A DNA stretch of 63,191 bases, counting the filler, from Coriobacteriales bacterium (GTDB lineage Bacteria > Actinomycetota > Coriobacteriia > Coriobacteriales > UBA8131), in assembly GCA_031263105.1 (NCBI GenBank). It is 6 parts of 6 records of this genome, joined end to end, with 100 filler letters (N's around TTAATTAATTAA, not from the genome) between each part and the next. Parts side by side here need not be neighbours in the genome. Positions count along the whole stretch, not along the records: positions 9,766 to 17,180 come from JAISGJ010000179.1; positions 17,281 to 21,811 come from JAISGJ010000214.1; 4 more parts are not named here. One strand, written 5' to 3'. Shown here piece after piece: positions 9,766 through 20,900 of this stretch; position 1 is the stretch's first letter; every line of letters begins with the position of its first letter. The translations under genes and the position numbers were made by a program. The notes beneath the pieces are model-generated. The model did no database searches. It saw only the letters and a program-made list of their open reading frames with translations, and had not been told where the DNA came from.

Positions 9766-9943
9766 GCGGTCGAGGATCCCTCGGCAGGCTCGGGATGACA
9801 GTGGGGCTCGGGATGACAGTGGGGGCTCGGGATGACAGCGGGGCTCGGGATGACAGTGGGGCTCGGGATGACAGTGGGGGCTCGGAATGGCAGTGGGGGC
9901 TCGGAATGACAGTGAGCTGTCCGTGGAGGGTGTGACCCGTAAC
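9766..9943. mobile_element. MITE half with 7 tandem 18-19-bp units
   Basis: GAGGATCCCTCGGCAGGCTCGGGATGACAGTG repeats ending GTGACCCGTAAC. Confidence 0.85.
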
Positions 9944-9949
9944 CCCGCA

Positions 9950-10963
9950 TCAACGCCCCTCTGTGCTGCCGGTCAGCCTGCGGTACTCGTGTTCGGTCAC
10001 GATGAGGCGGGTCGCGGCGGGCAGGACGCGGGCGGAGAACGGGGTCTTCCCGCCGGGGGCCTCGCCGTCGTACTGGAGGCTGAGGGGCGGCTCTGCGGTG
10101 ATGCGCGCGCATTTTGCCCGGAAGGTCTCGACGGCGTCGGCGCGGTGGGGGAAGCCCCCCGTCCGGTCGAGGAAGGCCGCGAAGAAGGCGGGCAGCAGCT
10201 CGACGGCGCTGTGGGGCTTCAGCACGGCTATCTCGAGCAGCCCGTCGCGGGCGTCGTTCGCGTGAGTGATGGATATGTCGGGGTATATCTTCGAGAAGTT
10301 GAGCACCAGCACGGCTATGCCGTCGAGCTCGACGGTCTGCCCGTCGAGCTCGATGGTGAAGTGGGCGACCGTGGGCGTGGGGTTGGTGAGGGCGGCGGCG
10401 AGGTAGGCGTTCGGCCCGAGCCTCTCCTTGAGTCGGTCCGCGTTCTCCATGATGGTCGCATCGTAGCCCGCGCCGCTTATCACGGCAAAGCCCTTCGTCA
10501 CGGTCCTTGCGCCCGCGCCCTTCGCGGCCGCGCCCCCCTCGTCCGTGTCATCCACGGTCGCGCTCCCCTCGGGCGTCTCCCCCTCGCCCGCACCCTCGAA
10601 GTCGATCTCGCCCAGGTCGAAGTCCAGGTACCGGCCCGACCTCGCCATCTCGGCCAGGGCATGGGGCTCCTCGGGCTGGTCGAGGTTCGTCACCATGAGG
10701 TTGCTGGTGCCGGCGGGGAAGGGCAGGATGGGGATGCCGGTGTTGCGCAGCGCGTAGCAGACGGACGCTATGGTGCCGTCGCCCCCGGCAGCGACCACGA
10801 GGTCGCAGTCTGCGGCACCGGCGAGCAGCGACTCGACGGGGGTGTGCCCGTCGGTGCTGCGGACGATCAGCTCGTCGCCGTCCTGCGCGAGCTTGCGCGC
10901 GAACTCGAAGATGGAGCCGTCGCGCAGGCCGGACTGCAGGTTGTTTACGATAAGCGCCTTCAT
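9950..10963 (-). CDS. Diacylglycerol/lipid kinase family protein
   Basis: IVNNLQSG, AAGGDGT, PAGTSN and QYDGE motifs; start MKALIV inferred. Confidence 0.88.
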   Translation of the reverse strand: MKALIVNNLQSGLRDGSIFEFARKLAQDGDELIVRSTDGHTPVESLLAGAADCDLVVAAGGDGTIASVCYALRNTGIPILPFPAGTSNLMVTNLDQPEEPHALAEMARSGRYLDFDLGEIDFEGAGEGETPEGSATVDDTDEGGAAAKGAGARTVTKGFAVISGAGYDATIMENADRLKERLGPNAYLAAALTNPTPTVAHFTIELDGQTVELDGIAVLVLNFSKIYPDISITHANDARDGLLEIAVLKPHSAVELLPAFFAAFLDRTGGFPHRADAVETFRAKCARITAEPPLSLQYDGEAPGGKTPFSARVLPAATRLIVTEHEYRRLTGSTEGR

Positions 10964-11153
10964 CGAGGCGGCACCCGACCTTTCCATCGGCCTTTCCGTC
11001 GATTCCTCCGCCGTCCCGCCGCTCGCTCGCGCCGTCGCCTGCACAGCCCCTTGTGAGGTCGGCCCGTGGGAGGGATAATGGTACCATGATACCTTACGAG
11101 GGTGCCGTGGCGCATTCTGTGGGCATGAGGTGTTGGGCGTATGCTGCCAGGAC

Positions 11154-11435
11154 GTTACTGTTCACACCCCCACTGTCATTCCGAGCTTGCCGAGGAATCT
11201 TTGGACACGCAGTGTCCAACGGCAGGTCAGGGGGCCCTTCGACCTGCGGCCGACCGCTGGCGCGGTCGAGGATTCCTCGACGGGCTCGGAATGACAGTGG
11301 GGCTCGGAATGACAGTGGGGCCCGGAATGACAGTGGGGCCCGGAATGACAGTGGGGCCCGGAATGACAGTGGGGCCCGGAATGACAGTGGGGCTCCGAAT
11401 GACAGTGGGGTATCCGTGGGGGTGTGAACAGTAAC
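11154..11435. mobile_element. Complete MITE-like element with 8-bp TSD GCCAGGAC and 7 x 18-bp tandem units
   Basis: TIRs GTTACTGTTCACACCCCCAC; GCCAGGAC at 11146-11153 and 11436-11443. Confidence 0.92.
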
Positions 11436-11505
11436 GCCAGGACGTATGTCGCATGCTGCCGCAGTGTGCGCCGCCCTCCTCCCTATGAGACGAAGGAAGC
11501 CGACA

Positions 11506-12690
11506 GTGCAGGTTCCGATACGGTATATCGACACACAGCAGGGCCTTGAGGAGTTCGCCGCCGAGCTCTGCGGCACGCCGCTCCTGACGCTCGACACCGA
11601 GTTTTTGCGGGAGAAGACCTACTACCCCCAGCTCTGCCTCGTCCAGGTCGCCGCCGACGGGCGCGAGGCCCTCATCGACCCGCTCGCCCCTCTCGACCTG
11701 AGGGCGCTCGTCCCCGTCCTCACGGATCCGCGCACCGTCAAGGTGTTCCATGCGGGCGACCAGGACTGCGCCATACTCTACCAGGCGCTCGGTGCCGTCG
11801 TCCGCCCCGTCTTCGACACCCAGCGGGCGGCGCTGCTCCTCGGCCTGCCCCAGCAGGCGAGCCTCGTCGCCCTCGTGAGGCGCTTTTGCGGCGTGAGCCT
11901 CAAGAAGGGGGAGTCCTTCTCCGACTGGGCCCAGCGTCCCCTGACCGAGACCCAGCTCTCCTACGCGATCGACGACGTGCGCTACCTTCCCCTTGCCTAC
12001 ACGAGGATCGTCTCCGAGCTGCAGGAGAAGGGCCGCCTTCCCTGGCTCGAGGACGAGTTCAGGGATATGGAGGACGAGGAGCGGTACCGTGTCGATGCCC
12101 GGGAGGTATGGCAGAGGCTCAAGGGGGTCGCGGCGCTCAGGGGCAGCCAGCTCGCCACCGTCCGCGAGGTCGCTGCATGGCGGGAGCAGGCGGCCCAGGA
12201 GCGCAACCTCCCGCGCAAGTGGGTGCTCCCCGACGACCTCCTGGTCGAGGTCGCCCGGCGCGAGCCGGCCTCGCCCGAGGATCTGTACCGGGTCCGGGGC
12301 ATCAAGGAGCGGCTGGGGAAGCGCTGGTCGCAGGAGGTGCTGGCCGCCGTGGAGAGGGCACAGGGGCTTTCTCCCGACCAGTGGCCGACCCCGAGGCGTG
12401 TGCCTGCGAGGGACGCGCGGTGCGTCGCCAGCCTCGACCTCATGGGCGCCCTGCTCCATCAGAGGGCCAAGGAGCTGCACATCGCGACCTCCTTCCTCGC
12501 GGGCCACGACGACCTGGCGCGCCTTGCCGAAGGCCAGCGGGAGGGCCTGACGATCCTGAAGGGGTGGCGGCGCGACCTTTTGGGCAACGAGCTGCTCCGT
12601 CTGCTCGAAGGGGGCATATCGCTGTCGCTTGACGATGGTGACCTGAAGGTTACGCTCCTGTCACAAGCGGGTGTTCCCGCCCCCTCCTAG
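11506..12690 (+). CDS. rnd: Ribonuclease D
   Basis: LDTEFLREKTYYPQLCLVQ, DWAQRPL and YAIDDV motifs, HRDC region; start GTG inferred. Confidence 0.93.
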   Translation: MQVPIRYIDTQQGLEEFAAELCGTPLLTLDTEFLREKTYYPQLCLVQVAADGREALIDPLAPLDLRALVPVLTDPRTVKVFHAGDQDCAILYQALGAVVRPVFDTQRAALLLGLPQQASLVALVRRFCGVSLKKGESFSDWAQRPLTETQLSYAIDDVRYLPLAYTRIVSELQEKGRLPWLEDEFRDMEDEERYRVDAREVWQRLKGVAALRGSQLATVREVAAWREQAAQERNLPRKWVLPDDLLVEVARREPASPEDLYRVRGIKERLGKRWSQEVLAAVERAQGLSPDQWPTPRRVPARDARCVASLDLMGALLHQRAKELHIATSFLAGHDDLARLAEGQREGLTILKGWRRDLLGNELLRLLEGGISLSLDDGDLKVTLLSQAGVPAPS

Positions 12691-12834
12691 GTCGCTTTTC
12701 CTCTACTATGGGGAAGGAACGCCCTTCGGGAGAGGATGCCTTCGAGGAAAGGATGTCTTCGAGGAGGGCCTTTTGGGGACGTCTTCCTCACAGGGAGGCG
12801 TCGCCTTGCTCGTCCGATACGATGGGAGCCTGCC

Positions 12835-13509
12835 GTGCCGTTTGATATGTCGTACCTCATGCTGATACTCGTCACCCTCGTCCTGGGCTTCGGGACGCAG
12901 GCCTATATCAAGCACACCTACCGCAAATGGGGCAAGGTGCCGATCTCCCTGGGGCTGACCGGCGCGCAGGCGGCCCGCAGGATGCTCGACGCGAACGGCC
13001 TCTCCCATGTCGCCATAGAGCGGGTCGGCGGCGAGCTGACGGACCACTTCGACCCCCGCACGAACGTCGTCGCGCTGTCCGAGGCCGTCTATGGGGGCAC
13101 GAGCGTCTCGGCGTCTGCCATCGCCTGCCACGAGTGCGGGCATGCGGTCCAGCATGCGCGCGGCTACGTCCCGGCAAAGCTGCGCGGCGCCCTGGTGCCG
13201 CCGGTCAACCTTGCAAGCAACCTCTGGATGTTCGTCCTGATCGCCGGCATCTTCCTGCAGATGGTCGGCATGATATACCTGGCCGTCATCCTGTATGCCG
13301 CCGTCATAGTCTTCCAGCTGGTCACCCTGCCGGTCGAGTTCGACGCCTCGCGCCGTGCGCTCGCCTACCTCAACGGCCACGGCTTCCTTCCCAGCGCAGA
13401 GACAGGGGGCGCACGCGCGGTCCTCACCTCGGCAGCGCTGACCTACGTCGCGGCCGCGCTCGTCTCGGTGCTCCAGCTCGTCTACCTGCTCGGCTTCACA
13501 CGCCGCTGA
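12835..13509 (+). CDS. Putative neutral zinc metallopeptidase (YugP-like)
   Basis: LTDHFDP, HECGHAVQ and TLPVEFDASRRA motifs. Confidence 0.9.
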   Translation: MPFDMSYLMLILVTLVLGFGTQAYIKHTYRKWGKVPISLGLTGAQAARRMLDANGLSHVAIERVGGELTDHFDPRTNVVALSEAVYGGTSVSASAIACHECGHAVQHARGYVPAKLRGALVPPVNLASNLWMFVLIAGIFLQMVGMIYLAVILYAAVIVFQLVTLPVEFDASRRALAYLNGHGFLPSAETGGARAVLTSAALTYVAAALVSVLQLVYLLGFTRR

Positions 13510-13527
13510 CCGGCCTCGGAACCGCCG

Positions 13528-14844
13528 ATGGCACAGCCCCTCTCCGTCTCCCAGGCGCTTGCACGCGCAAAGGAATCGCTCGAGCAGATTCACCTGACGC
13601 TCGTCGGGGAGGTCTCGGAGCTCTCGGACAGGCCCGGCTACAAGGCCGTCTACTTCACGCTGACCGACCGGAGCGCGGCGCTCCCGTGCCTCATGTGGCG
13701 CAACAGCTACAAGGGCTGCGGCGTCGAGCTCAGGAAGGGCATGCTCGTCGAGGCCTCCGGCAGCTTCTCGCTCTATGCGGCGAAGGGGCGCATGAACTTC
13801 GACGTGAGGGCTCTGCGCCCGGCAGGGGAGGGGAGCCTTCGGATCGCGGTCGCCCAGCTGGCGGAGAGGCTGCGGGCCGAGGGGCTCATGGACCCCCAGA
13901 GGAAGCGCGTCCTGCCCCGGTACCCCACGAGGCTCGCGTTGGTGACCTCGCCGCGCGGCAAGGCCGTCCATGACGTGCTGAGGACCCTGCGGCGGCGCTA
14001 CCCGCTCGTCGAGGTGCTGGTCGCAGGCGTCGCCGTCGAGGGCGCGGGGGCCGTCGAGCAGATCGCCCGGGGCCTTGCCGCCGCAGCCGAGTCGGATGCG
14101 GAGCTGATCCTCCTCGTCCGTGGCGGGGGCTCCTACGAGGACCTCATGCCCTTCAACGACGAGAGGCTTGCACGTGCGGTGGCCGCCTCGCCCGTCCCCG
14201 TCGTCACCGGCATCGGCCACGAGCCGGACAACAGCATCGCCGACATGGTCGCCGACTTCCGCGCCTCGACCCCCACGGCCGCCGCCGAACATGCCGTCCC
14301 GGACATCGCCGAGCTCGGAGTCGCCCTCGCCCGGACGACCGCCTCCTTCGCGCGCTCGCTCGGCTTGGCGCTCCAGCGCGCCGAGGCCGCCTACGGGAAC
14401 CTGCGCCGCCGCCCCCTGTTCGCGGACCCCTTCTTCTTGGTGCGCCCCTTCATGATGCAGGCGGAAGGGGCGTCTGCGCGCCTCGTGCAGTCGCTCCCCC
14501 TGAGGCTTCGGCAGGACGCGCAGCCCGTGCGCGCCACGGCGGCGCACCTGGCCCTGCTCGGCTCGAACCTGCTCGCGCCCCACCGGGCCGCGCTCGCGCT
14601 CGACGCGGCCCGGCTCGAGGACCTCTCGCCTCCCGCCGTGCTTGCCAGGGGCTATTCCCTCGCCTATGACCGGGAAGGCCGTATCATCGGCAGCGTGGAT
14701 ACGGTAGACTGGGGCCAGCGCTTCGACCTGCGCCTTGCCGACGGCACCCTCGGCTGCACGGTCGAGGGGAAGCGCCGCGAGGCCCTGCCTTGCACGGATC
14801 CGCCTTGCATGGACATCGAGGACAGAGAGGGGCATCATGCCTGA
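13528..14844 (+). CDS. xseA: Exodeoxyribonuclease VII large subunit
   Basis: RGGGSYEDL, GIGHEPD, STPTAAAE and LARGYS motifs. Confidence 0.95.
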   Translation: MAQPLSVSQALARAKESLEQIHLTLVGEVSELSDRPGYKAVYFTLTDRSAALPCLMWRNSYKGCGVELRKGMLVEASGSFSLYAAKGRMNFDVRALRPAGEGSLRIAVAQLAERLRAEGLMDPQRKRVLPRYPTRLALVTSPRGKAVHDVLRTLRRRYPLVEVLVAGVAVEGAGAVEQIARGLAAAAESDAELILLVRGGGSYEDLMPFNDERLARAVAASPVPVVTGIGHEPDNSIADMVADFRASTPTAAAEHAVPDIAELGVALARTTASFARSLGLALQRAEAAYGNLRRRPLFADPFFLVRPFMMQAEGASARLVQSLPLRLRQDAQPVRATAAHLALLGSNLLAPHRAALALDAARLEDLSPPAVLARGYSLAYDREGRIIGSVDTVDWGQRFDLRLADGTLGCTVEGKRREALPCTDPPCMDIEDREGHHA

Positions 14845-15091
14845 GAGCACCGAACGTACCGACCCTGCGGACCTCAGCTTCCGGGAGGCGTCCGAGGAGC
14901 TCGAGGGCATCGTGCGCGTCCTCGAGGGCAGCCAGCTCGAGCTGGAGGAGAGCCTGGAGTCCTACGAGCGGGGCGTCACCTTGCTGCGGGCGCTCCAGGT
15001 GCGCCTGGCCGAGGCCCAGCAGAAGGTGACCGTGCTGCTCGGCGAGCTCGACGCAGACAGCGACGACAGCATAGACGGGACCCTGAGCTAG
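14837..15091 (+). CDS. xseB: Exodeoxyribonuclease VII small subunit
   Basis: FREASEELEGIVRVLE...LEESLESYERG; follows xseA. Confidence 0.92.
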   Translation: MPESTERTDPADLSFREASEELEGIVRVLEGSQLELEESLESYERGVTLLRALQVRLAEAQQKVTVLLGELDADSDDSIDGTLS

Positions 15092-15136
15092 GGAGACGAT
15101 GGTCGGCCATCGTCACGCAAAAGGAGGAGGAACACC

Positions 15137-15484
15137 ATGTCAGATTGCCTGTTCTGCAGGATAGCCGCCCACGAGATCCCGGCGGACATCGTCTATGAGG
15201 ACGACGAGGTCGTCGCCTTCGAGGACGTGAACCCCCAGTTGCCCGTGCACACGCTCATCATCCCCAAGAAGCACTACGCCCATGTCGGCGACGGCGTGCC
15301 GGAGGAGACCTTGGGCAGAGTCTTCAAGACGGTGGAGAAGGTCGCCGCCCTCAAGGGGCTTGAGGAGAGCGGCTATCGTATCGTCGCCAACACCGGGGAG
15401 GACGGCAGGCAGACCGTCCATCATCTCCATGTGCACGTCCTGGGAGGGGCGCGCATGCCCATCCGCATGGGGCCGGCGGACTGA
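15137..15484 (+). CDS. Histidine triad (HIT) nucleotide-binding protein
   Basis: DCLFCRI and HLHVHVLGG motifs. Confidence 0.93.
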   Translation: MSDCLFCRIAAHEIPADIVYEDDEVVAFEDVNPQLPVHTLIIPKKHYAHVGDGVPEETLGRVFKTVEKVAALKGLEESGYRIVANTGEDGRQTVHHLHVHVLGGARMPIRMGPAD

Positions 15485-15676
15485 GGGCCTCCGCGCTGCG
15501 CCGCCCGCTGCACGCACGCACTGCACGCCGCTCGCAGGCGCCGCACGCACGCCCGCCGCACGCCCGCGCCGTCCGCCGCACGCACGCCCGGTTTCCCGGG
15601 TCCCGGCATCCGCCCGCCGCCAAGGGCCACGAGGAACCTCACGGCACAGAGAACACCACAAGGAAACGAGGTCGTC

Positions 15677-16870
15677 ATGTACGTTCTGGTGATAAACGCA
15701 GGGTCGTCGTCGCTCAAGTACCAGTTGCTCGACAAGGACACGCAGCGGCTCGTCGGCAAGGGCCTCTGTGAGAAGGTCGGCTCCGAGGACTCCTTCCACA
15801 GGCACGGGCTCGACGGCGACGAGAGGCTCGACACCCTCCCCCTGAAGGACCACCACGATGCGGTGCAGGCGGCCCTTCGGGCGCTGCTCGACCCCCAGGG
15901 CGGCGCCGTCAAAGGCATCGAGGAGATAGCTGCGGTCGGCCATCGCGTCGTCCACGGCGGCGAGCACTTCAGCGCCTCGTCCGTCATCGACGACGAGGTC
16001 GTGGCACGGATCAGGGAGTGCATACCCTTGGCGCCGCTCCATAACCCGCCCGCGCTCACCGGCATCGAGGCGTGCGCGGACCTCATGCCCCACGCCCTGC
16101 AGGTGGCGGTGTTCGACACCGCCTTCCATCAGACCCTGCCCCCCAAGGCGTACCTCTACCCGCTCCCTTACGAGCTGTACGAACGGCACCGTGTCCGCAC
16201 CTACGGCTTCCACGGGACCTCGCACCGCTACGTCGCCCAGCGCGCGGCGGCCCTCCTTGGGCGCCCCCTCGACGAGCTGCGGCTCATAACCTGTCACCTC
16301 GGCAACGGCTGCTCCGTCACGGCCGTGCGAAACGGCGTGTCGGTGGACACCTCGATGGGCTTCACCCCGCTCGAAGGCCTCATGATGGGGACGCGCTGCG
16401 GCTCCATAGACCCTGCCGTCGTCACCTATCTGATAGGCTCGCTCGGCATGGGCGCCGGGCAGGTCGACGACCTGATGAACCGCCGCTCGGGGCTTTTGGG
16501 CGTCTCCGGCGTCTCGAACGACCTGCGCGACGTCCAGGCGGCTGCCGATGCGGGAGACGAGCGTGCGCAGCTTGCCTGCGAGATGTATGCCGACTCGGTG
16601 AGGAGGCACATAGGCCAGTACGTGTTCGAGCTGGCAGGCGTCGATGCCGTCGTCCTGACGGCGGGCGTCGGGGAGAACAGCGACCGCATACGGCAGATGA
16701 TCTTCTCGGGTCTGGAGCCCCTCGGCTTCCTGCTCGACGGGGAGAGGAACCGGCTGCGCGGCTTCGAGCGTGTCATCTCCTCCGAGGGCTCCCCTGTGCG
16801 CATCCTCGTCGTCCCCACGAACGAGGAGCTGATGATCGCCCAGGATGTCGCCTCCCTGCTCGACGCCTGA
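15677..16870 (+). CDS. ackA: Acetate kinase
   Basis: NAGSSSLK, GHRVVHGG, APLHNP and PTNEELMIA motifs. Confidence 0.96.
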   Translation: MYVLVINAGSSSLKYQLLDKDTQRLVGKGLCEKVGSEDSFHRHGLDGDERLDTLPLKDHHDAVQAALRALLDPQGGAVKGIEEIAAVGHRVVHGGEHFSASSVIDDEVVARIRECIPLAPLHNPPALTGIEACADLMPHALQVAVFDTAFHQTLPPKAYLYPLPYELYERHRVRTYGFHGTSHRYVAQRAAALLGRPLDELRLITCHLGNGCSVTAVRNGVSVDTSMGFTPLEGLMMGTRCGSIDPAVVTYLIGSLGMGAGQVDDLMNRRSGLLGVSGVSNDLRDVQAAADAGDERAQLACEMYADSVRRHIGQYVFELAGVDAVVLTAGVGENSDRIRQMIFSGLEPLGFLLDGERNRLRGFERVISSEGSPVRILVVPTNEELMIAQDVASLLDA

Positions 16871-17039
16871 CACCCGTCCCCCCGCGTTGCGCCTCGTCCT
16901 TCCCGGCGGCGGGCGACCCTAGGCGCCAGCGGTCGGCCCGATTTGTTCTGCAACCTGCGTTGCGCCTCGTCCTTCCCGGCGGTGGGCTACCCCCCCCCCC
17001 CCCCCCCCCCTCCGGTCCGCCCCCAGCTCCCTAAAAGAC

Positions 17040-17074
17040 GCATGGGCCCCCTTTGTGGACAAGGGGGCCCATGC
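17040..17074. terminator. Strong stem-loop downstream of ackA
   Basis: GCATGGGCCCCCTT...AAGGGGGCCCATGC inverted repeat; no clear U-tract. Confidence 0.5.
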
Positions 17075-17180
17075 TGCGTCAGAGGCAGGTCACAAGGAGT
17101 AGGATGATCTGCATATCACACTATATGATAGTCTAGGATTAAAGTCAACTAAGAATAAAAAACTCGACACCGGGGCATCG

Positions 17181-17280
17181 NNNNNNNNNNNNNNNNNNNN
17201 NNNNNNNNNNNNNNNNNNNNNNNNTTAATTAATTAANNNNNNNNNNNNNNNNNNNNNNNNNNNNNNNNNNNNNNNNNNNN
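17181..17280. other. Artificial contig linker
   Basis: N-run with TTAATTAATTAA. Confidence 0.97.
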
Positions 17281-17501
17281 CCCACCCCCCGCACCCAACC
17301 CCCCCCAACACCCCCCCCCCCCCCCCCCCCCCCTGCCGCACGGCAGCGCGCGCCGTGCGCCCGGGGCCCGAGGCATTGGAGAGGGAACGGTACCGCAACG
17401 AGACGATAACGGGGACCCCCAGCGGTTGACAGGAATGCTAATACCGTTAGGCTTTTATACCGTTGGTTATGCCGTCAGCAAGCCTTACGGGAAGGATTGC
17501 C

Positions 17502-17957
17502 ATGCCCACCGACCGTTCCACCGATTATCCCTCAGTCGCAGTCGGGCGCTTCAAGGAGATACTCGGCCGCTACCAGATGAGGGTCTTCGACCGCCTCGCA
17601 CGCTACTCGTCCGGCGAGTCCCTGCTGCTGCGGACGCTTGTGCTGCACGACGGCCCCCTCCATCCCACAGAGCTGCGACAACGGACCTGCACCAGTTCCG
17701 CGAGGGTCGCCTCCGTCCTGAAGAGCCTTGAGGGAAAGGGACTCGTCATGCGCGAGGCGGACGGGCGGGACAGGCGGAGGGTGCAGGTCACGGTGACGCC
17801 CGAGGGCCGCGCCCGCGCCCAGCAGGAGATCGACGAGATGGACGAAGAGGCCCAAGGAGTGTTCGAGAAGATGGGCAAAAGGGATACCGAGGAGTTCATC
17901 CGTCTTCTGGACCGGATGCTGGAGGTATTCGTGAGCCAAGGGACAGGGAGCAGATAG
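17502..17957 (+). CDS. MarR-family regulator
   Basis: LEGKGLVMRE...DRRRVQVTVTPEG winged-helix motif. Confidence 0.88.
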   Translation: MPTDRSTDYPSVAVGRFKEILGRYQMRVFDRLARYSSGESLLLRTLVLHDGPLHPTELRQRTCTSSARVASVLKSLEGKGLVMREADGRDRRRVQVTVTPEGRARAQQEIDEMDEEAQGVFEKMGKRDTEEFIRLLDRMLEVFVSQGTGSR

Positions 17958-20900
17958 ATGACGAAATTCAGCGTCCGCAAGCCCATGACCGTGCTGGTCG
18001 CGGTCGTGATGGTGTTCGCCTTGGGCCTTGCGAGCTTCAGGGGGATGACCCCCGAGCTCCTCCCGAACATCGAGCTGCCCTACGTCATCACCATGACGAC
18101 CTATCCGGGGGCCTCGCCCGAGAAGGTCGAGGAGGAGGTGACCCGGCCGCTCGAAGAGGGCTTCGCCACGCTGGAGGGCCTGGACAGCATCCAGTCGCAG
18201 TCGTCCGAGAACGTCTCGTTGCTCATCATGGAGTTCACGGACAGCGCCGACCTCGACGCGGTCTCCCTGGAGATCGTCCAGAAGGTCAACCAGATAGAGG
18301 GCGGATGGGACGACATGGTCTCGACGCCGGTGATCCTGAAGATGAACCCCGACATGCTGCCCGTCATGATAGCGGCCGTCGAGCAGGAGGGCTTCGACAC
18401 GACGGAGGTCTCCCGCCTCATGGAGGAGTCCCTGCAGACCAAGCTCGAAGGCATAGAGGGGGTCGCGAGCTTGGACGTGACGGGCCTGCGCGCCGAACGG
18501 GTGAACGTCGTCCTGAAGCAGGAGAAGATCGGCGAGCTCAACGCCCGCGTAGGCGATGCGATCAAGGGGAGCTTCGTCGAGAAGGAGCAGGAGCTCCGCG
18601 ACACGCAGACGGACCTCGAGGGCAAGCTCGACGAGGTGAAGGCGCAGACCGCCGAGCTCGATGCGGGGGCCAAGGAGTTCGCCGTCAAGATGGGGGAGGG
18701 CTCCACGGAGCTCGCCTCCTCGTGGGCCGCCCTGTTCGGCGGCCTGCAGGACCAGAAGACCATGCTCGCCGACCTGAAGGAGCAGCTCCAGACCCTGACA
18801 ACGGAGGAGGAGGCCGCCCGTGCCGCCGCGCCCGGCGGCGCCCTCCCAGAGCCTGTGGAGAAGCAGTTCAAGGACGCGAAGGACCAGATGGGCGCGGGGA
18901 TCACGAAGCTCGAGGACGGCATCGAGTCCGTGCAGGAGATGCAGGGCACCTTGTCGGACGCCCAGGGGACGCTCAACGAGACCATGTCCACCACGCTCTT
19001 CGGACTCTCGAACGCCGCCGCCCAGCTGGCAGGCGCCCAGTCCCAGCTGAGCGTCGCGCTCACCCAGATAGAGCAGGGGCTCACCCAGCTCGACACCGCC
19101 CGTGACTCCGCCGTCGAACAGGCGGACATGGGAGGCGCGCTCACCATGGACACGGTGCTGGGCATACTGAAGGCGCAGAACTTCTCGATGCCCGCCGGCT
19201 ATGTCCAGGAAGGCAGCGACGACTACCTCGTCCAGGTGGGCGACGAGATCGCCTCCCTCGAGGAGATGCAGCAGCTCGTGCTGCTCGACCCCGGGATCGA
19301 GGGGATCGAGCCGATCCGCCTCTCGGAGGTCGCCGACCTGTTCATGAGCGACAACCTGAACGACCTCTACGCGAAGATAAACGGGCACGACGGCATACTC
19401 CTGTCCTTCAACAAGCAGAGCGAGTATGCGACGACCGAGGTCGCCGACAACATACTCCAGAAGTTCGACGAGCTTTCCGACAGCAACCCCGGCCTGCACT
19501 TCACCCCCCTGCTCAACCAGGGCGACTATATCTACATGGTGATAAACGGCATCACCAGCGACCTGCTCTGGGGGGCGCTCTTCGCCGTCGTCATACTCCT
19601 GCTGTTCCTGCGCGACCTGCGGCCGACCTTCGTCACGCTGTGCGCCATCCCCATAAGCGTCGTCTTCGCGCTCGTGGCGATGTACTTCTCGGGGGTGACC
19701 ATCAACATCATCTCGCTCTCCGGCCTGGCCATAGCCGTCGGCCGCCTCGTGGACGACAGCGTCGTCGTGATAGAGAACATCTTCCGCCTGCGCTCGAAGG
19801 GCTACTCGCCCGTCAAGGCGGCCGTGAACGGCGCGGGGCAGGTGGCCGGCGCCATCATCGCCTCGACCCTGACCACCATCTGCGTGTTCCTCCCCATCGT
19901 GTTCGTGCAGGGCCTGACGCGGCAGCTGTTCACGGACTTCGCGCTGACCTTCGCCTATGCGCTGCTCGCCAGCCTGCTCGTGGCCCTCACGCTCGTGCCG
20001 ACGATGGCAAGCGGCCTGTTCAGGAAGATGGAGCCGAAGGAGCATCGCCTGCTCGACCGCGCGATAGCCCTGTATGACCGTGCCCTGGTGTGGACCCTGC
20101 GCTTCAAGCCGGTCGTCCTGGTGTTCGCGGCCGTGCTCCTGGCCGCAAGCGTCGCCGTCGTCTGGTCCCGGGGCTTCGCCTACATGCCCGACGGGAACTC
20201 CGGCCAGATAGCCATCAACCTGACGATTCCCAAGGAGGTCCCGGACGAACAGAAGCGCGAGGTGGCCGACGATGCCGCCGCGCGCGTCGCGGCGGTCGAC
20301 GGGGTCGAGACCGTCGGGGCCATGGCGGGCGGCAGCGGCATCGTCGGCGTGGGGGCGCTCTCCGGCATGGGCGGCGGGTCGGGCCAAGGCTCGGCGCTGG
20401 GATCCGTCACCATCTACGCCCTGCTCGACCAAGGCAAGGACATGGACCGGCTGAGCGACGAGATCGAGGCGGGCCTCGAAGGGGTCGGCGCGGAGTACGA
20501 GGTGGGGTCCGCCAGCATGATGGACGCCTCCGCCCTCGGCGGCAGCGGCGTCACGGTGAACCTCTACGGCGACTCGCTCGAGGACATGGTGCGTGCCTCG
20601 GAGGCCGTGCGCGCACAGACGGAGGGCCTGGCGGGAATCGCCGAGTTCGAGGGCGGCGCCGAGGAGGCGACCCCGGTCCTGCACTACACGGTCGACCGAG
20701 AGGCCGCCGCCAAGCACGGCCTGACGACCGCACAGGTCTACCAGCAGGTCAGCTCTGCGCTCTCCAAGGAGAAGAACGCGACGGACGTGCTCTGGGGGAC
20801 GGAAGGCTACGACGTCGTCGTCATGAACGGGGACGCTGCGGACGACCGCCTGACGCCCTCCTACCTTGAGGCCCTGGAGTTCAACGTCACCAAACGCGAC

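Noticed and set aside
9533..9943. One MITE spanning the N-gap (likewise 21681-21999)
   Set aside because: Flanks do not form a TSD, and both sides represent the same end of the element; the linkers join unrelated contigs
11282..11410. CRISPR-like arrays (also at 9558, 9787, 53276 and 59207)
   Set aside because: 18-bp units are head-to-tail with no unique spacers, lie inside MITE ends, and no cas genes are present
11053..11597. ORFs with ARNDSG/PLSFRA repeats (also 1406-1776 and 58826-59498)
   Set aside because: Translations of the MITE and its 18-bp units, not independent genes
16884..16982. 26-bp direct repeat GCGTTGCGCCTCGTCCTTCCCGGCGG after ackA
   Set aside because: Only two copies beside low-quality poly-C; no function supportable
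17118..17133. Possible NrdR box (ACACTATATGATAGTC)
   Set aside because: Spacing differs from the consensus and no target gene is visible before the contig end
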